Shown here piece after piece: positions 1 to 8,452 of a stretch of DNA of 35,419 nucleotides (position 1 is the stretch's first letter; each line of letters begins with the position of its first letter). The stretch covers positions 13,060 through 48,478 of the forward strand of contig CAZKOU010000001.1 of NCBI GenBank assembly GCA_964554505.1, written 5' to 3'. Source of the stretch: an uncultured Candidatus Saccharibacteria bacterium. Lineage in GTDB: Bacteria; Patescibacteriota; UBA1384; CAZKOU01. Below the pieces are notes generated by a model, which saw only the letters and a program-made list of their open reading frames with translations, was not told the origin of the DNA and made no database searches. Both the position numbers and the translations under genes were made by a program.

Positions 1-2
1 TG

Positions 3-1040
3 GTGGCCTCTATCTCCACTACTTTAGCGGCGAAAAATGGATTTTTGGTCAAAAAGCGCCTGTCTTTGGAGCTGGCGCGTAAAATTAAGGTGGTCTTATT
101 TGATAAAACCGGAACCTTGACCACGGGAAAATATGGGGTGGATAAGATAATAAAGTCAAATGATATTAGTGAAAAAGAAATACTGCAACTGGCGGCTTCG
201 GTTGACGCACATTCGGAACATTTTGTGGCCAAGGCCATTTTTGAACAAGCCCGGAAACAAAAAATAAATCTCCTGCCAGTCACCGGCTTCACTGCCCTAC
301 CCGGCGTGGGAGTAAGGGGAAAAGTGAAAAATAGCGAAATTATTGTGGGCGGATTAGCGGCTTTAGAAAAAAATAAAATCTCTCTTCCGAAAAATTTAGC
401 CAGGGAAATTAAAACTGAAAATCAAAAAGGCAAAACCATTATTTTTATCATCAAGAAAAACGAACTTTGGGGCGCGATTTCACTTTCTGACCAAATCCGT
501 TCTAAATCCAAAGAAGCAATTGAGGAATTAAAAAAATTGGGTATTAAAACCGCTATGCTTACCGGTGATTCCGAGGAAGTCGCTAAGTGGGTCGCCGGAA
601 AACTAAAGATTGACGAGTATTTTGCCCGCGTGCTACCACAGGATAAATCAACTAAAGTCAAAATTTTGCAGAAAGATAAAATGAAAATTGCCGCTGTGGG
701 CGATGGCATCAATGACGCGCCCATGCTTACCCAAGCCGACCTTGGCATCGCCATTGGCGCGGGCACCAATGTGGCCATTGAATCCGCCGGCATTATTTTA
801 GTCAAAAACGACCCGCGCGATATCGTAAAAATCATTAAACTTTCCCGCGCCACTTTTGCCAAGATGGTCCAAAATCTTTTCTGGGCCACGGGTTATAATG
901 TAGTGGCCCTGCCTTTGGCCGCGGGTGTCTTGGTTTCCAAAGGAATTTTACTCCAACCCGCCTTAGCCGCTTTATTTATGTCACTTTCTACCGTGATTGT
1001 CGCCATTAATGCCGCTTTACTGCGGCGTTTGAAAATATAA
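3..1040 (+). CDS. Heavy-metal (P1B-type) P-type ATPase, C-terminal part; 5' end lies outside the window
   Basis: ORF open to the left edge. Motifs: DKTGTLT phosphorylation site, HSEHF (CopA-like SEHP position), MLTGD, hinge GDGINDAP, two C-terminal hydrophobic helices. Confidence 0.9.
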   Translation: MASISTTLAAKNGFLVKKRLSLELARKIKVVLFDKTGTLTTGKYGVDKIIKSNDISEKEILQLAASVDAHSEHFVAKAIFEQARKQKINLLPVTGFTALPGVGVRGKVKNSEIIVGGLAALEKNKISLPKNLAREIKTENQKGKTIIFIIKKNELWGAISLSDQIRSKSKEAIEELKKLGIKTAMLTGDSEEVAKWVAGKLKIDEYFARVLPQDKSTKVKILQKDKMKIAAVGDGINDAPMLTQADLGIAIGAGTNVAIESAGIILVKNDPRDIVKIIKLSRATFAKMVQNLFWATGYNVVALPLAAGVLVSKGILLQPALAALFMSLSTVIVAINAALLRRLKI

Positions 1041-1058
1041 TCAATGGTTTGATATAAT
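1029..1058 (+). promoter_or_regulatory. Sigma70-like promoter candidate (TTGAAA-N18-TGaTATAAT) for the TIGR00725 operon
   Basis: TTGAAA at 1029-1034. Extended -10 TGATATAAT at 1050-1058, overlapping and just after the ATPase stop codon. Confidence 0.4.
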
Positions 1059-1160
1059 AACCAATAAGAGGACAGAAAAATAAACTACCCCGCCCTAAAG
1101 AACGGGACATTGTCGCCGCCAAAATAAACTACTCCTCGACTAATCGCAAAGTATCCAAAA

Positions 1161-1736
1161 ATGAAGTACAAAATTGGTGTCTCGGGTTCGTCGGTCAATA
1201 ATTGTGAACCGGGCGCTTTCAAAAAAGCCCAAATTATCGGCCAGCAAATTGCCGAAACCGGTGCTATCTGCGTAACCGGCGACACTTCGGGTGTCCCCCA
1301 CCACGCCGCGCATGGCGCTAAAAAAGCGGGGGGCTTAACTGTCGGAATCTCGCCCGCTTCCTCAAGGGCCGAGCATGTTAAAAAATACCACTTGCCAGCC
1401 GATGAATTAGATATTATTATCTACACTGGTTTTGCTTACAGCGGCCGCAACCTTCTTTTTGTACGCGCCTGCGACGGGGTGATTTTCATCTGCGGCAGAA
1501 TCGGCACCTTAAACGAATTTACGATTGCTTTTGAAGACAAAAAACCGATTGGCATATTAACAGGCAGTGGCGGCACTATGGCTGAAGTGGAACATCTTTT
1601 AAAAATTGCTGAAAGAGGACGCGGCAAGGTTGTAACAGACAATGACCCTAAAACATTAGTGAAAAAAGTAATTAACTTAATCAAAAAAGAAGAGAGAAAA
1701 CGTCAAAAAGGGAGGGAGCGGGGAAAGAAAAAGTGA
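1161..1736 (+). CDS. TIGR00725/LOG-like (SLOG superfamily) Rossmann-fold protein with a Lys/Arg-rich tail
   Basis: MKYKIGVSGSS...ICVTGDTSGVPHHAAHGAKKAGGLTVGISP...GRIGTLNEF pattern typical of the lysine-decarboxylase-like/LOG fold. No SD before the ATG. Confidence 0.65.
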   Translation: MKYKIGVSGSSVNNCEPGAFKKAQIIGQQIAETGAICVTGDTSGVPHHAAHGAKKAGGLTVGISPASSRAEHVKKYHLPADELDIIIYTGFAYSGRNLLFVRACDGVIFICGRIGTLNEFTIAFEDKKPIGILTGSGGTMAEVEHLLKIAERGRGKVVTDNDPKTLVKKVINLIKKEERKRQKGRERGKKK

Positions 1737-2239
1737 ACCAGGTTATAATTTTGATTACGACTGCTTTGATTTTAATTGTTTTGGGTGGAGTTTATTTAGG
1801 CGAGAAAAACCAACCCCAAAATCTTTCGCCCCTTGGCAAATCATTCGACATTCAGGGCGCCGAACACATTGCTCCCCAGAATCCCCACGCTCCCTACAAT
1901 TCTAACCCGCCTTCTTCCGGATGGCACTGGGAAAAACCAGCTGATTGGGGCATCTATGATTATGAACTTGCGGATGAACAATTGGTGCATAACTTAGAAC
2001 ACGGCGGCGTCAATCTTTTCTACAAACCGGAAGCGCCCAAGGAAGTAGTTGAAAAATTAAAAGAACTGGCTCGCCTCTATCCTGCTAAAACTGTCTTGGC
2101 GCCCCGCGCTAAAAACGATACTTTAATCGCCCTGTCTTCGTGGGGTTATGTCCTAAATCTGGACTCTCTGGACGAAGAAAAAATCAAAGAATTCTTAAAA
2201 AATAACCGCAACCGGGGACCGGAAAAACTCCCCGATTAA
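1733..2239 (+). CDS. DUF3105-like membrane-anchored protein
   Basis: GTG start in a GTGA overlap with the upstream stop. N-terminal TM helix. LVHNLEHGGV motif, recalled as characteristic of DUF3105. Confidence 0.6.
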   Translation: MNQVIILITTALILIVLGGVYLGEKNQPQNLSPLGKSFDIQGAEHIAPQNPHAPYNSNPPSSGWHWEKPADWGIYDYELADEQLVHNLEHGGVNLFYKPEAPKEVVEKLKELARLYPAKTVLAPRAKNDTLIALSSWGYVLNLDSLDEEKIKEFLKNNRNRGPEKLPD

Positions 2240-2250
2240 AAAAGGAAAAA

Positions 2251-2499
2251 ATGAGTAAAGTCACAATTTATTCCACCCACACCTGCCCTTACTGCGCCGC
2301 GGAAAAAGATTTCTTAACAGAAAAAAAGATTAAGTTCACTAATATTTATGTTGATGAAAATCCAAAAGCGGTTAAGGAAATGGTTGCCAAATCCGGCCAG
2401 ATGGGTGTACCGGTGACGATTATTAAAGAAGGCAAAAATGAAGAATTAGTGGTGGGTTTTAATCAGGCCAAACTGGAAAAACTGCTCAACATAAGATAA
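2251..2499 (+). CDS. Glutaredoxin-like small redox protein
   Basis: 82 aa with an N-terminal CPYC active site and a GVPVT motif; thioredoxin-fold length. Confidence 0.85.
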   Translation: MSKVTIYSTHTCPYCAAEKDFLTEKKIKFTNIYVDENPKAVKEMVAKSGQMGVPVTIIKEGKNEELVVGFNQAKLEKLLNIR

Positions 2500-2500
2500 T

Positions 2501-2523
2501 CTGCGGCAAGCCGCAGAATATTT
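2501..2523 (+). terminator. Weak hairpin after the glutaredoxin gene (possible terminator/attenuator)
   Basis: CTGCGG-CAAG-CCGCAG stem-loop at 2501-2516, followed by AATATTT. Confidence 0.35.
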
Positions 2524-2531
2524 CCCTGACA

Positions 2532-2975
2532 ATGAAAATTTATTTAGGCGCCGACCATCGCGGCTTTGAGTTAAAAGAGGTCTTAAAAAAATGGCTTTCC
2601 AAAAAGGGATTTTTGATTTTTGATTTTGGAACAAATTCCAGGGATTCGGTTGATTATCCGGACTTTGCTTGGCCAGTGGCTCAAAAAATTTCTAAAAATA
2701 AAAACTTCCGCGGCATTGTCATTTGCGGTTCTGGTCAAGGCACCGCCATTGTCGCCAATAAGGCCAAAAATGTGCGAGCCGCGCTGGTTTGGACAATTAA
2801 AGGAGCCAAAGAAACGCGGGAACATAATGATACAAATGTTTTAAGTTTGCCCGCTGATTTTGTGAAGGCAAGTTTAGCCAAAAAAATTGTAGAAATGTGG
2901 CTTGATACCTCTTTCTCTAACCAAGCCAGACATAAAAGACGGCTCAATAAAATAAAAAAGTTGGAAAATGAATAA
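2532..2975 (+). CDS. rpiB: Ribose-5-phosphate isomerase B
   Basis: MKIYLGADHRGFELK and ICGSGQGTAIVANK motifs; about 147 aa. Confidence 0.9.
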   Translation: MKIYLGADHRGFELKEVLKKWLSKKGFLIFDFGTNSRDSVDYPDFAWPVAQKISKNKNFRGIVICGSGQGTAIVANKAKNVRAALVWTIKGAKETREHNDTNVLSLPADFVKASLAKKIVEMWLDTSFSNQARHKRRLNKIKKLENE

Positions 2976-3624
2976 AATAATTCCAGCCGTTTTAACAAAT
3001 AATATCACTGATTTTAAAAACAAACTAAAAATCTTAGAAGTATTCAGTCCACTTATACAAATTGATTTTATGGATGGCAAGTTCGTCCCCTATTTCTCTA
3101 TCACGCCCAAGCAAATATCCAAAATCAAAACAAAAAGTTTTCTGGAAGCTCACTTAATGGTTAAAAATCCGATTTTATACGCCGGTAAATTAAATAATAA
3201 ATTATTTAAAAAAGTCGCGTTCCATTTTGAAGCCAGCAGGCAGACACAAAAAATCACCGATTATTTCAGAAAACAGGGTTTTCAAATTGGCTTAGCGATT
3301 AATCCTCAAACCAAACTAAAAGAATTTTATCCTTTTGTTAAGGATTTTGACTATGTCCTCTTTTTAAGCGTCATCCCGGGCAGGCAAGGGCAAAAATTTA
3401 TTCCAGACACTTTAGAAAAAATTAAAGGGTTGCGTCAAAAAAATAAAAAAATCAAAATAGTAGTCGACGGCGGCATTAATGTATATAATGTAAGTAAGGC
3501 GGCAAAAGCCGGTGCCGACTTTGCGGCTACTGGAAGCAGTATTTTAAAAGCCAAAAACCCGCATCAGGAATTTTTAAAAATAACCAAAGCATTTGAGGAG
3601 GGGCAAGGTGGCAAAAAAAATTAG
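2968..3624 (+). CDS. rpe: Ribulose-phosphate 3-epimerase
   Basis: DFMDGKFVP, HLMV and VDGGIN motifs. 8-nt overlap (ATGAATAA) with the rpiB stop. Confidence 0.85.
   Translation: MNKIIPAVLTNNITDFKNKLKILEVFSPLIQIDFMDGKFVPYFSITPKQISKIKTKSFLEAHLMVKNPILYAGKLNNKLFKKVAFHFEASRQTQKITDYFRKQGFQIGLAINPQTKLKEFYPFVKDFDYVLFLSVIPGRQGQKFIPDTLEKIKGLRQKNKKIKIVVDGGINVYNVSKAAKAGADFAATGSSILKAKNPHQEFLKITKAFEEGQGGKKN
3482..3494 (+). repeat. Copy 1 of the exact 13-mer TATATAATGTAAG (inside rpe, about 115 nt upstream of gap)
   Basis: Read directly from the sequence; encodes YNVS in frame. Confidence 0.95.
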
Positions 3625-4627
3625 AATCGCCATTAATGGTTTTGGCCGCATCGGACGGCAGTTTTATCGTCTGGCTTTGGAAAAAAACCAACACAAAAGC
3701 ATTGTGGCTGTTAACGATCTCACTGAACCAGAAACATTGGCTTATCTTTTGAAATACGATTCTGTTTACGGTACTCTCCCCTACCGCATTGAAGGTATTA
3801 AAAATAAAATAAAAATTAATAACTCTGAACTTTTGGTACTGTCGGAGCCGAACCCACGCAAATTGCCGTGGAAAAAATTAAAAATTGATATAGTCATTGA
3901 AGCCACCGGCCATTTTAATAAAAATAAAGACGCCTTTGCCCATATTAAAGCCGGCGCTAAAAGGGTAATCATTTCTGCTCCCCACAAAGGCGAGAATAAT
4001 GTGCCTACATTTTTAATGGGCGTCAATGTTCAAAATCTAAATAAAGAATTAGTGGTTTCCAACGCTTCCTGCACCACCAACAGCATTGCCGCGCCCATTG
4101 CTATCTTGCGCCAGGCACTGGGTGTCTTAAAAGCAATGGTCACCACAGCCCATGGCTACACTTCTTCGCAAAGTTTAGTGGATGGTCCAAATAATGACTT
4201 ACGAAGAGCGCGCGCCGCGGCTATTAATATTGTTCCCACCTCCACTGGCGCGGCTATAGCCACCACCAAAGCTATTCCGGAACTCAAAGGGCTGTTTGAC
4301 GGCGTGGCTCTGCGTGTTCCTCTGGCGGTTGGCTCCATTTCCGACATCACGGCGCAAGTCAGCCGTAAAACGAGCGTAGAGGAGGTCAACGCAATTTTTA
4401 AAAAAGCGGCAAAAAATTCTTTCTACAGAGATGTAATCAATGTGACCGAAGACCCTCTTGTTTCTTCGGATATTATTAAAAGTCCTTACGCCGCTACCAT
4501 TGACCTTGGATTAACACGCGTGGTGGGGGGTGACTTGGTAAAAATATTCGCTTGGTACGATAACGAATGGGGCTACGCTGTCCAGCTCTTTCATCTGGCA
4601 ATGAAAATTGCCGCGAAAATATTGTAA
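3608..4627 (+). CDS. gap: Glyceraldehyde-3-phosphate dehydrogenase
   Basis: INGFGRIGR and active-site SNASCTTN. I prefer the GTG at 3608, which has GGAGG (3597-3601) 6 nt upstream, over the ORF-track TTG at 3593. Confidence 0.9.
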   Translation: MAKKIRIAINGFGRIGRQFYRLALEKNQHKSIVAVNDLTEPETLAYLLKYDSVYGTLPYRIEGIKNKIKINNSELLVLSEPNPRKLPWKKLKIDIVIEATGHFNKNKDAFAHIKAGAKRVIISAPHKGENNVPTFLMGVNVQNLNKELVVSNASCTTNSIAAPIAILRQALGVLKAMVTTAHGYTSSQSLVDGPNNDLRRARAAAINIVPTSTGAAIATTKAIPELKGLFDGVALRVPLAVGSISDITAQVSRKTSVEEVNAIFKKAAKNSFYRDVINVTEDPLVSSDIIKSPYAATIDLGLTRVVGGDLVKIFAWYDNEWGYAVQLFHLAMKIAAKIL

Positions 4628-5481
4628 TGAAAAAAATTAGTTCTGAAAAAAAATTGGCTTTAGTGGCGAATGAAATTCGCCAAAACATTATAGAGTCCTT
4701 GGTGGCGGCCGGCTCGGGACATTCGGCCGGTCCCTTAGGCATGGCGGATGTTTTTACAGCTCTTTATTTTAATGTCTTAAATCACAATCCCCAAAAACCA
4801 AACTGGACAGGGCGAGACCGCGTGGTTTTGTCCAACGGTCACATCTGCCCGGTTTGGTACGCTACCCTAGCTCAAGTCGGTTATTTTTCCAAGACAAAAT
4901 TAAAAAAATTAAGAAAATTGGGCAGCGGCTTAGAAGGACATCCGCATCGCGGCTCTTTGCCGGGCGTGGAAAATACAGGCGGTCCCTTGGGGCAGGGACT
5001 CTCGCAGGCCATTGGTATGGCTTTGGCGGCAAAAATGGATAATCAAAAACATCGCATATACTGCTTAATGTCTGATGCGGAACAACAGGAAGGACAAACT
5101 CAAGAAGCAATTATGTTTGCCGGCAAAAACCGTCTAAATAATTTAACAGCCATCATTGACCGCAACAATATTCAGATTGATGGTTTTACGGAAGATATTA
5201 TGCCCTTAGAACCACTCAAAGAAAAATACGAGGCCTTTGGCTGGCATGTTTTAGAGATTGATGGTCATAATTTTGAACAAATTATTGACGCCTGTCGCGA
5301 AGCGAAAGCTATTTTTGAAAAACCCGCTTTAATTATAGCGCACACCATACCGGGCAAAGGCGTTGATTTTATGGAATTTGATTTTCACTGGCATGGAATT
5401 CCGCCGAAGCCAGATGAAGCAAAAAAAGCATTAAGACAATTGCGGACTTTGGACGGGAAGATAAGGTCGGAGCATGAATAA
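4627..5481 (+). CDS. Transketolase, N-terminal (TPP-binding) subunit
   Basis: GSGHSAGPLG, GHPH, GPLGQG and DGHN motifs. ATG at 4627 overlaps the gap stop (TAATG). The ORF-track extension from 4567 lies inside gap. Confidence 0.9.
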   Translation: MKKISSEKKLALVANEIRQNIIESLVAAGSGHSAGPLGMADVFTALYFNVLNHNPQKPNWTGRDRVVLSNGHICPVWYATLAQVGYFSKTKLKKLRKLGSGLEGHPHRGSLPGVENTGGPLGQGLSQAIGMALAAKMDNQKHRIYCLMSDAEQQEGQTQEAIMFAGKNRLNNLTAIIDRNNIQIDGFTEDIMPLEPLKEKYEAFGWHVLEIDGHNFEQIIDACREAKAIFEKPALIIAHTIPGKGVDFMEFDFHWHGIPPKPDEAKKALRQLRTLDGKIRSEHE

Positions 5482-5607
5482 AAAATCAAAAATCCAAAGC
5501 TCAAATGTCAAATCAAGATCAAAATCCAAAGCTTAAAAATATTTTTGATATTTAGTAATTTAGATTTCATTTGAAATTTGGATTTTGTCATTTGGATTTA
5601 ATAACTT
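5482..5607. repeat. Self-complementary AT-rich spacer between the two transketolase halves
   Basis: AAAATCCAAAGCT occurs twice (5489-5501, 5521-5533). Its complement TTTGGATTT occurs twice (5577-5586, 5591-5599). AAAAATATTTTT palindrome and TCAAATG/CATTTGA pair also present. Confidence 0.85.
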
Positions 5608-6600
5608 ATGTTAAACCCCAAACTCTATCTTAATCCAAAACTTTTTGACAAGGATGTTGAACAGGTCCCTACCCGCGATGGTTATGGTGACGGATTGGTT
5701 TTTTTGGGTGAAAAAAATCCTAATGTGGTTGTTCTAACCGGCGACTTAAAAGAATCTACGCGCGCCCAAAAGTTTGAAGAAAAATTTCCCGACCGTTTTA
5801 TTGAATGCGGCGTGGCAGAACAAAATATGATGGGCATTGCCGCCGGTTTGGCCGTGGCAGGCAAAATTCCTTTTATTTCCTCTTACGCAGTTTTTTCGCC
5901 CGGTCGCAATTGGGACCAGCTTAGAGTTTCTGTTTGCTACAACAATGCTAATGTCAAAATTGCCGGCGCTCACACTGGCGTTTCCGTGGGTCCGGATGGC
6001 GCCACGCACCAAGCCCTGGAAGATATTGGCATCACGCGCGTTTTGCCTAACTTGATAGTTATGGCCCCTTCAGATTATTTTGAAACCAAAAAAGCGACTT
6101 TGGCGGCCTCCCAATTTCAAGGGCCAGTTTACTTTCGCTTTGCGCGCGAAAAAACTCCCGTGCTAACCACAGAAAAAACACCATTTAAAATTGGCCAAGC
6201 CGAAGTTTTTATTGAGGGCAAAGATGTTTCAATTATCGCCTGCGGTCCCCTGCTCTACGAAGCACTGCTTGCGGCACAGAAATTAGTCAAAAAAGGCATT
6301 TTAGCTGAAATTATTAATTCTCATACCATTAAACCATTAGATAAAAAAACTATTCTTCGCTCGGTCGCCAAAACAAGGGCCGTGGTGACAGTGGAAGAAC
6401 ATCAAATCGACAACGGTCTGGGAAGTGCGGTGGCTGAAATTTTAGTCGAGAACTTTCCGGTTCCCATGGAAAGAGTCGGAATGCCGGACACTTTTGGCGA
6501 ATCCGGCGAGCCAAAAGAACTTTTAGAAAAATACGGCTTTACTGCTCCTTTCATTGTCAAAAAAATAATAAAGGTTTTAAAACGCAAAAAAAATGCTTAA
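5608..6600 (+). CDS. Transketolase, C-terminal (pyrimidine-binding) subunit
   Basis: ECGVAEQNMMGIAAGLA motif; length and domain order of split-type transketolase B subunits. Confidence 0.9.
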   Translation: MLNPKLYLNPKLFDKDVEQVPTRDGYGDGLVFLGEKNPNVVVLTGDLKESTRAQKFEEKFPDRFIECGVAEQNMMGIAAGLAVAGKIPFISSYAVFSPGRNWDQLRVSVCYNNANVKIAGAHTGVSVGPDGATHQALEDIGITRVLPNLIVMAPSDYFETKKATLAASQFQGPVYFRFAREKTPVLTTEKTPFKIGQAEVFIEGKDVSIIACGPLLYEALLAAQKLVKKGILAEIINSHTIKPLDKKTILRSVAKTRAVVTVEEHQIDNGLGSAVAEILVENFPVPMERVGMPDTFGESGEPKELLEKYGFTAPFIVKKIIKVLKRKKNA

Positions 6601-7399
6601 CAATTCTCAAAAAATTCTTAAAGAAGCGCGTCGGCAACACTATGCTGTTGGGCAGTTTAATGTTTTTAATTTAGAAACCGCTAGGGCTGTTATTAAAGCG
6701 GCTGAAAAACTGAAAGCCCCGGTGATTATCGGCGTTTCCCCTAAAACAATTGAGTATGCCGGCTTAAACCAAATCACATCCATTATTAAAACTGAATCCT
6801 CTGGAACAAAAAATCCCGTGGTACTGCATTTAGACCACTCCTTTGATTTTGGTCTAATTAAAAAAGCGGTTAGCGCGGGATTCACTTCGGTGATGTTTGA
6901 CGGCAGCAAGGTTAATCTCGCAGAAAATCTGAAGATAACTCAAAAAACCGTTAATCTTTGCCGCCCCAAAAACATTAGCGTGGAAGCAGAAATCGGCGTG
7001 ATTGGCGGCAAGTTGACCGAGCCAGAGGAAGCCGCCATTTTTGCGCAAAAAACAAAAGCAAATAGTTTAGCTATTAGTATTGGCAATGTGCACGGCGGCC
7101 AATTCGCGGCTGAAAAACTGGATTTAAAACTTTTACAGAATATTGCCCAAAGCGTTAAAATTCCTTTGGTCTTACACGGCGCCTCCTCTACTCCCCGCCA
7201 CGAAATCAAGAGGGCAATTAAATTCGGCATTGTTAAAATAAATATAGACACTGATTTACGAACGGCCTTCCGAAAAGGTATCTTAAAATATGCCGCGCAA
7301 GAAAAGGACCCGCGAATTATTCTGGGCAATACCACCCGCGAGATTCAAAGGGTAGTTGAAGAAAAAATAAAATTATTCGGGAGTCAAAATCATGCTTGA
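6593..7399 (+). CDS. Class II ketose-bisphosphate aldolase (fructose- or tagatose-1,6-bisphosphate type)
   Basis: YAVGQFNVFNLE, HLDH and GNVHG motifs. 8-nt overlap (ATGCTTAA) with the tkt C-subunit stop. Confidence 0.85.
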   Translation: MLNNSQKILKEARRQHYAVGQFNVFNLETARAVIKAAEKLKAPVIIGVSPKTIEYAGLNQITSIIKTESSGTKNPVVLHLDHSFDFGLIKKAVSAGFTSVMFDGSKVNLAENLKITQKTVNLCRPKNISVEAEIGVIGGKLTEPEEAAIFAQKTKANSLAISIGNVHGGQFAAEKLDLKLLQNIAQSVKIPLVLHGASSTPRHEIKRAIKFGIVKINIDTDLRTAFRKGILKYAAQEKDPRIILGNTTREIQRVVEEKIKLFGSQNHA

Positions 7400-8441
7400 T
7401 ATAATTGGCATTGGCGACACCTCCTTAGACACTTTTCTTTTTCTTTCCAGTAATGATATTAAACTCGTCTGCCCGCCGAAAAAAGACGGAGAGAAAAATA
7501 ATGACGCTAACTGTCTAATTTGCGTCAGCTTTGCCAATAAAATCCCTGTTCGCAAAACCACGGCAACAATTGGGGGTAATTCCTGTAATGTGGCTGTCGG
7601 CGCCGCGCGACTGGGGCTAAAATCTGCTTTAGTCACTCAAGTCGGCGATGATGAAATTGGGCATAAAATTAAAAACACACTTAAAAAAGAAAAGGTCAAA
7701 ATAAATTTTGTGGTTAATGAAAAAAATAAAAACAGCAACCACACCTTGGCCCTAAATCATGACGGGGAAAGAACGCTTTTCGTTTTTCACGAAAAAAGAA
7801 TTTTTCAATTGCCGCCTAAAATGCCTAAAACAAAATGGATTTACTTAAGTTCTATGGGCAAAGGATGGATAAAGATACTGCCTCGCCTGTTTTATTATTT
7901 AGACAAAACGAAAGCTAAGCTTGCTTACAATCCGGGCACTTTTCAACTAAAAATACCTCGCGCATTACAAAAAAAAATTATAAAACGCACGGAAATTCTT
8001 TTCTTAAACAAAGAAGAAGCCGCCTTTCTCTCGGGCAAAAGAAAACTTCATTTTCGTCACCCCCATCATCCCATTAAAGACAAGTCCGCTCGGTTTGTTT
8101 TAGGGTTGTCTGAAAATCTTAACTCGCTGGGTCCTAAAATTATCGTGATTACTGATGGCCAAAATGGCTCGTATAGTTTTTCTTCTTCGGAAAAAACACT
8201 CTATTATTTACCCCCCTTAAATACCAAACGTTTAGAAACCACTGGCGCCGGCGATTCGTACGCCGCAGGTTTTTGGGCCGCCACAGAAAAAGGCCTTGGT
8301 CTGCCAGAGGCAATGCGCTGGGGCTCGTTTAATGCCACCTCCGTGGTGAGTAAAATCGGGCCGCAGACAGGATTACTTACTTTAGCTGAAATGAAAAAAT
8401 GGCTTAAAAAATATTCTCGTTTCCGGGTGAAAAAAATTTAG
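7392..8441 (+). CDS. PfkB/ribokinase-family sugar(-phosphate) kinase
   Basis: GGNSCNVAVG and anion-hole TGAGDSYAAGF motifs. 8-nt overlap (ATGCTTGA) with the aldolase stop. Confidence 0.8.
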   Translation: MLDIIGIGDTSLDTFLFLSSNDIKLVCPPKKDGEKNNDANCLICVSFANKIPVRKTTATIGGNSCNVAVGAARLGLKSALVTQVGDDEIGHKIKNTLKKEKVKINFVVNEKNKNSNHTLALNHDGERTLFVFHEKRIFQLPPKMPKTKWIYLSSMGKGWIKILPRLFYYLDKTKAKLAYNPGTFQLKIPRALQKKIIKRTEILFLNKEEAAFLSGKRKLHFRHPHHPIKDKSARFVLGLSENLNSLGPKIIVITDGQNGSYSFSSSEKTLYYLPPLNTKRLETTGAGDSYAAGFWAATEKGLGLPEAMRWGSFNATSVVSKIGPQTGLLTLAEMKKWLKKYSRFRVKKI

Positions 8442-8452
8442 ACGAAAAACGA

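Noticed and set aside
1059-1160. Possible preQ1-type riboswitch, suggested by the A-rich AAAATAAACTAC tail after a small hairpin.
   Set aside because: The hairpin-to-tail distance and loop sequence do not fit the preQ1-I consensus as I recall it. The downstream genes are also unrelated to queuosine. I kept only the unexplained direct repeat, as a low-interest note.
5489-5599. AAATCCAAA/TTTGGATTT units as a dispersed REP/MITE-like family, because similar strings occur at 11510-11521, 14991-15000, 31431-31444 and 35103-35113.
   Set aside because: The other occurrences are inside membrane-protein genes, where they simply encode Phe-Trp-Ile or Leu-Trp-Ile stretches on the minus strand. Only the tkt spacer has the paired inverted arrangement.
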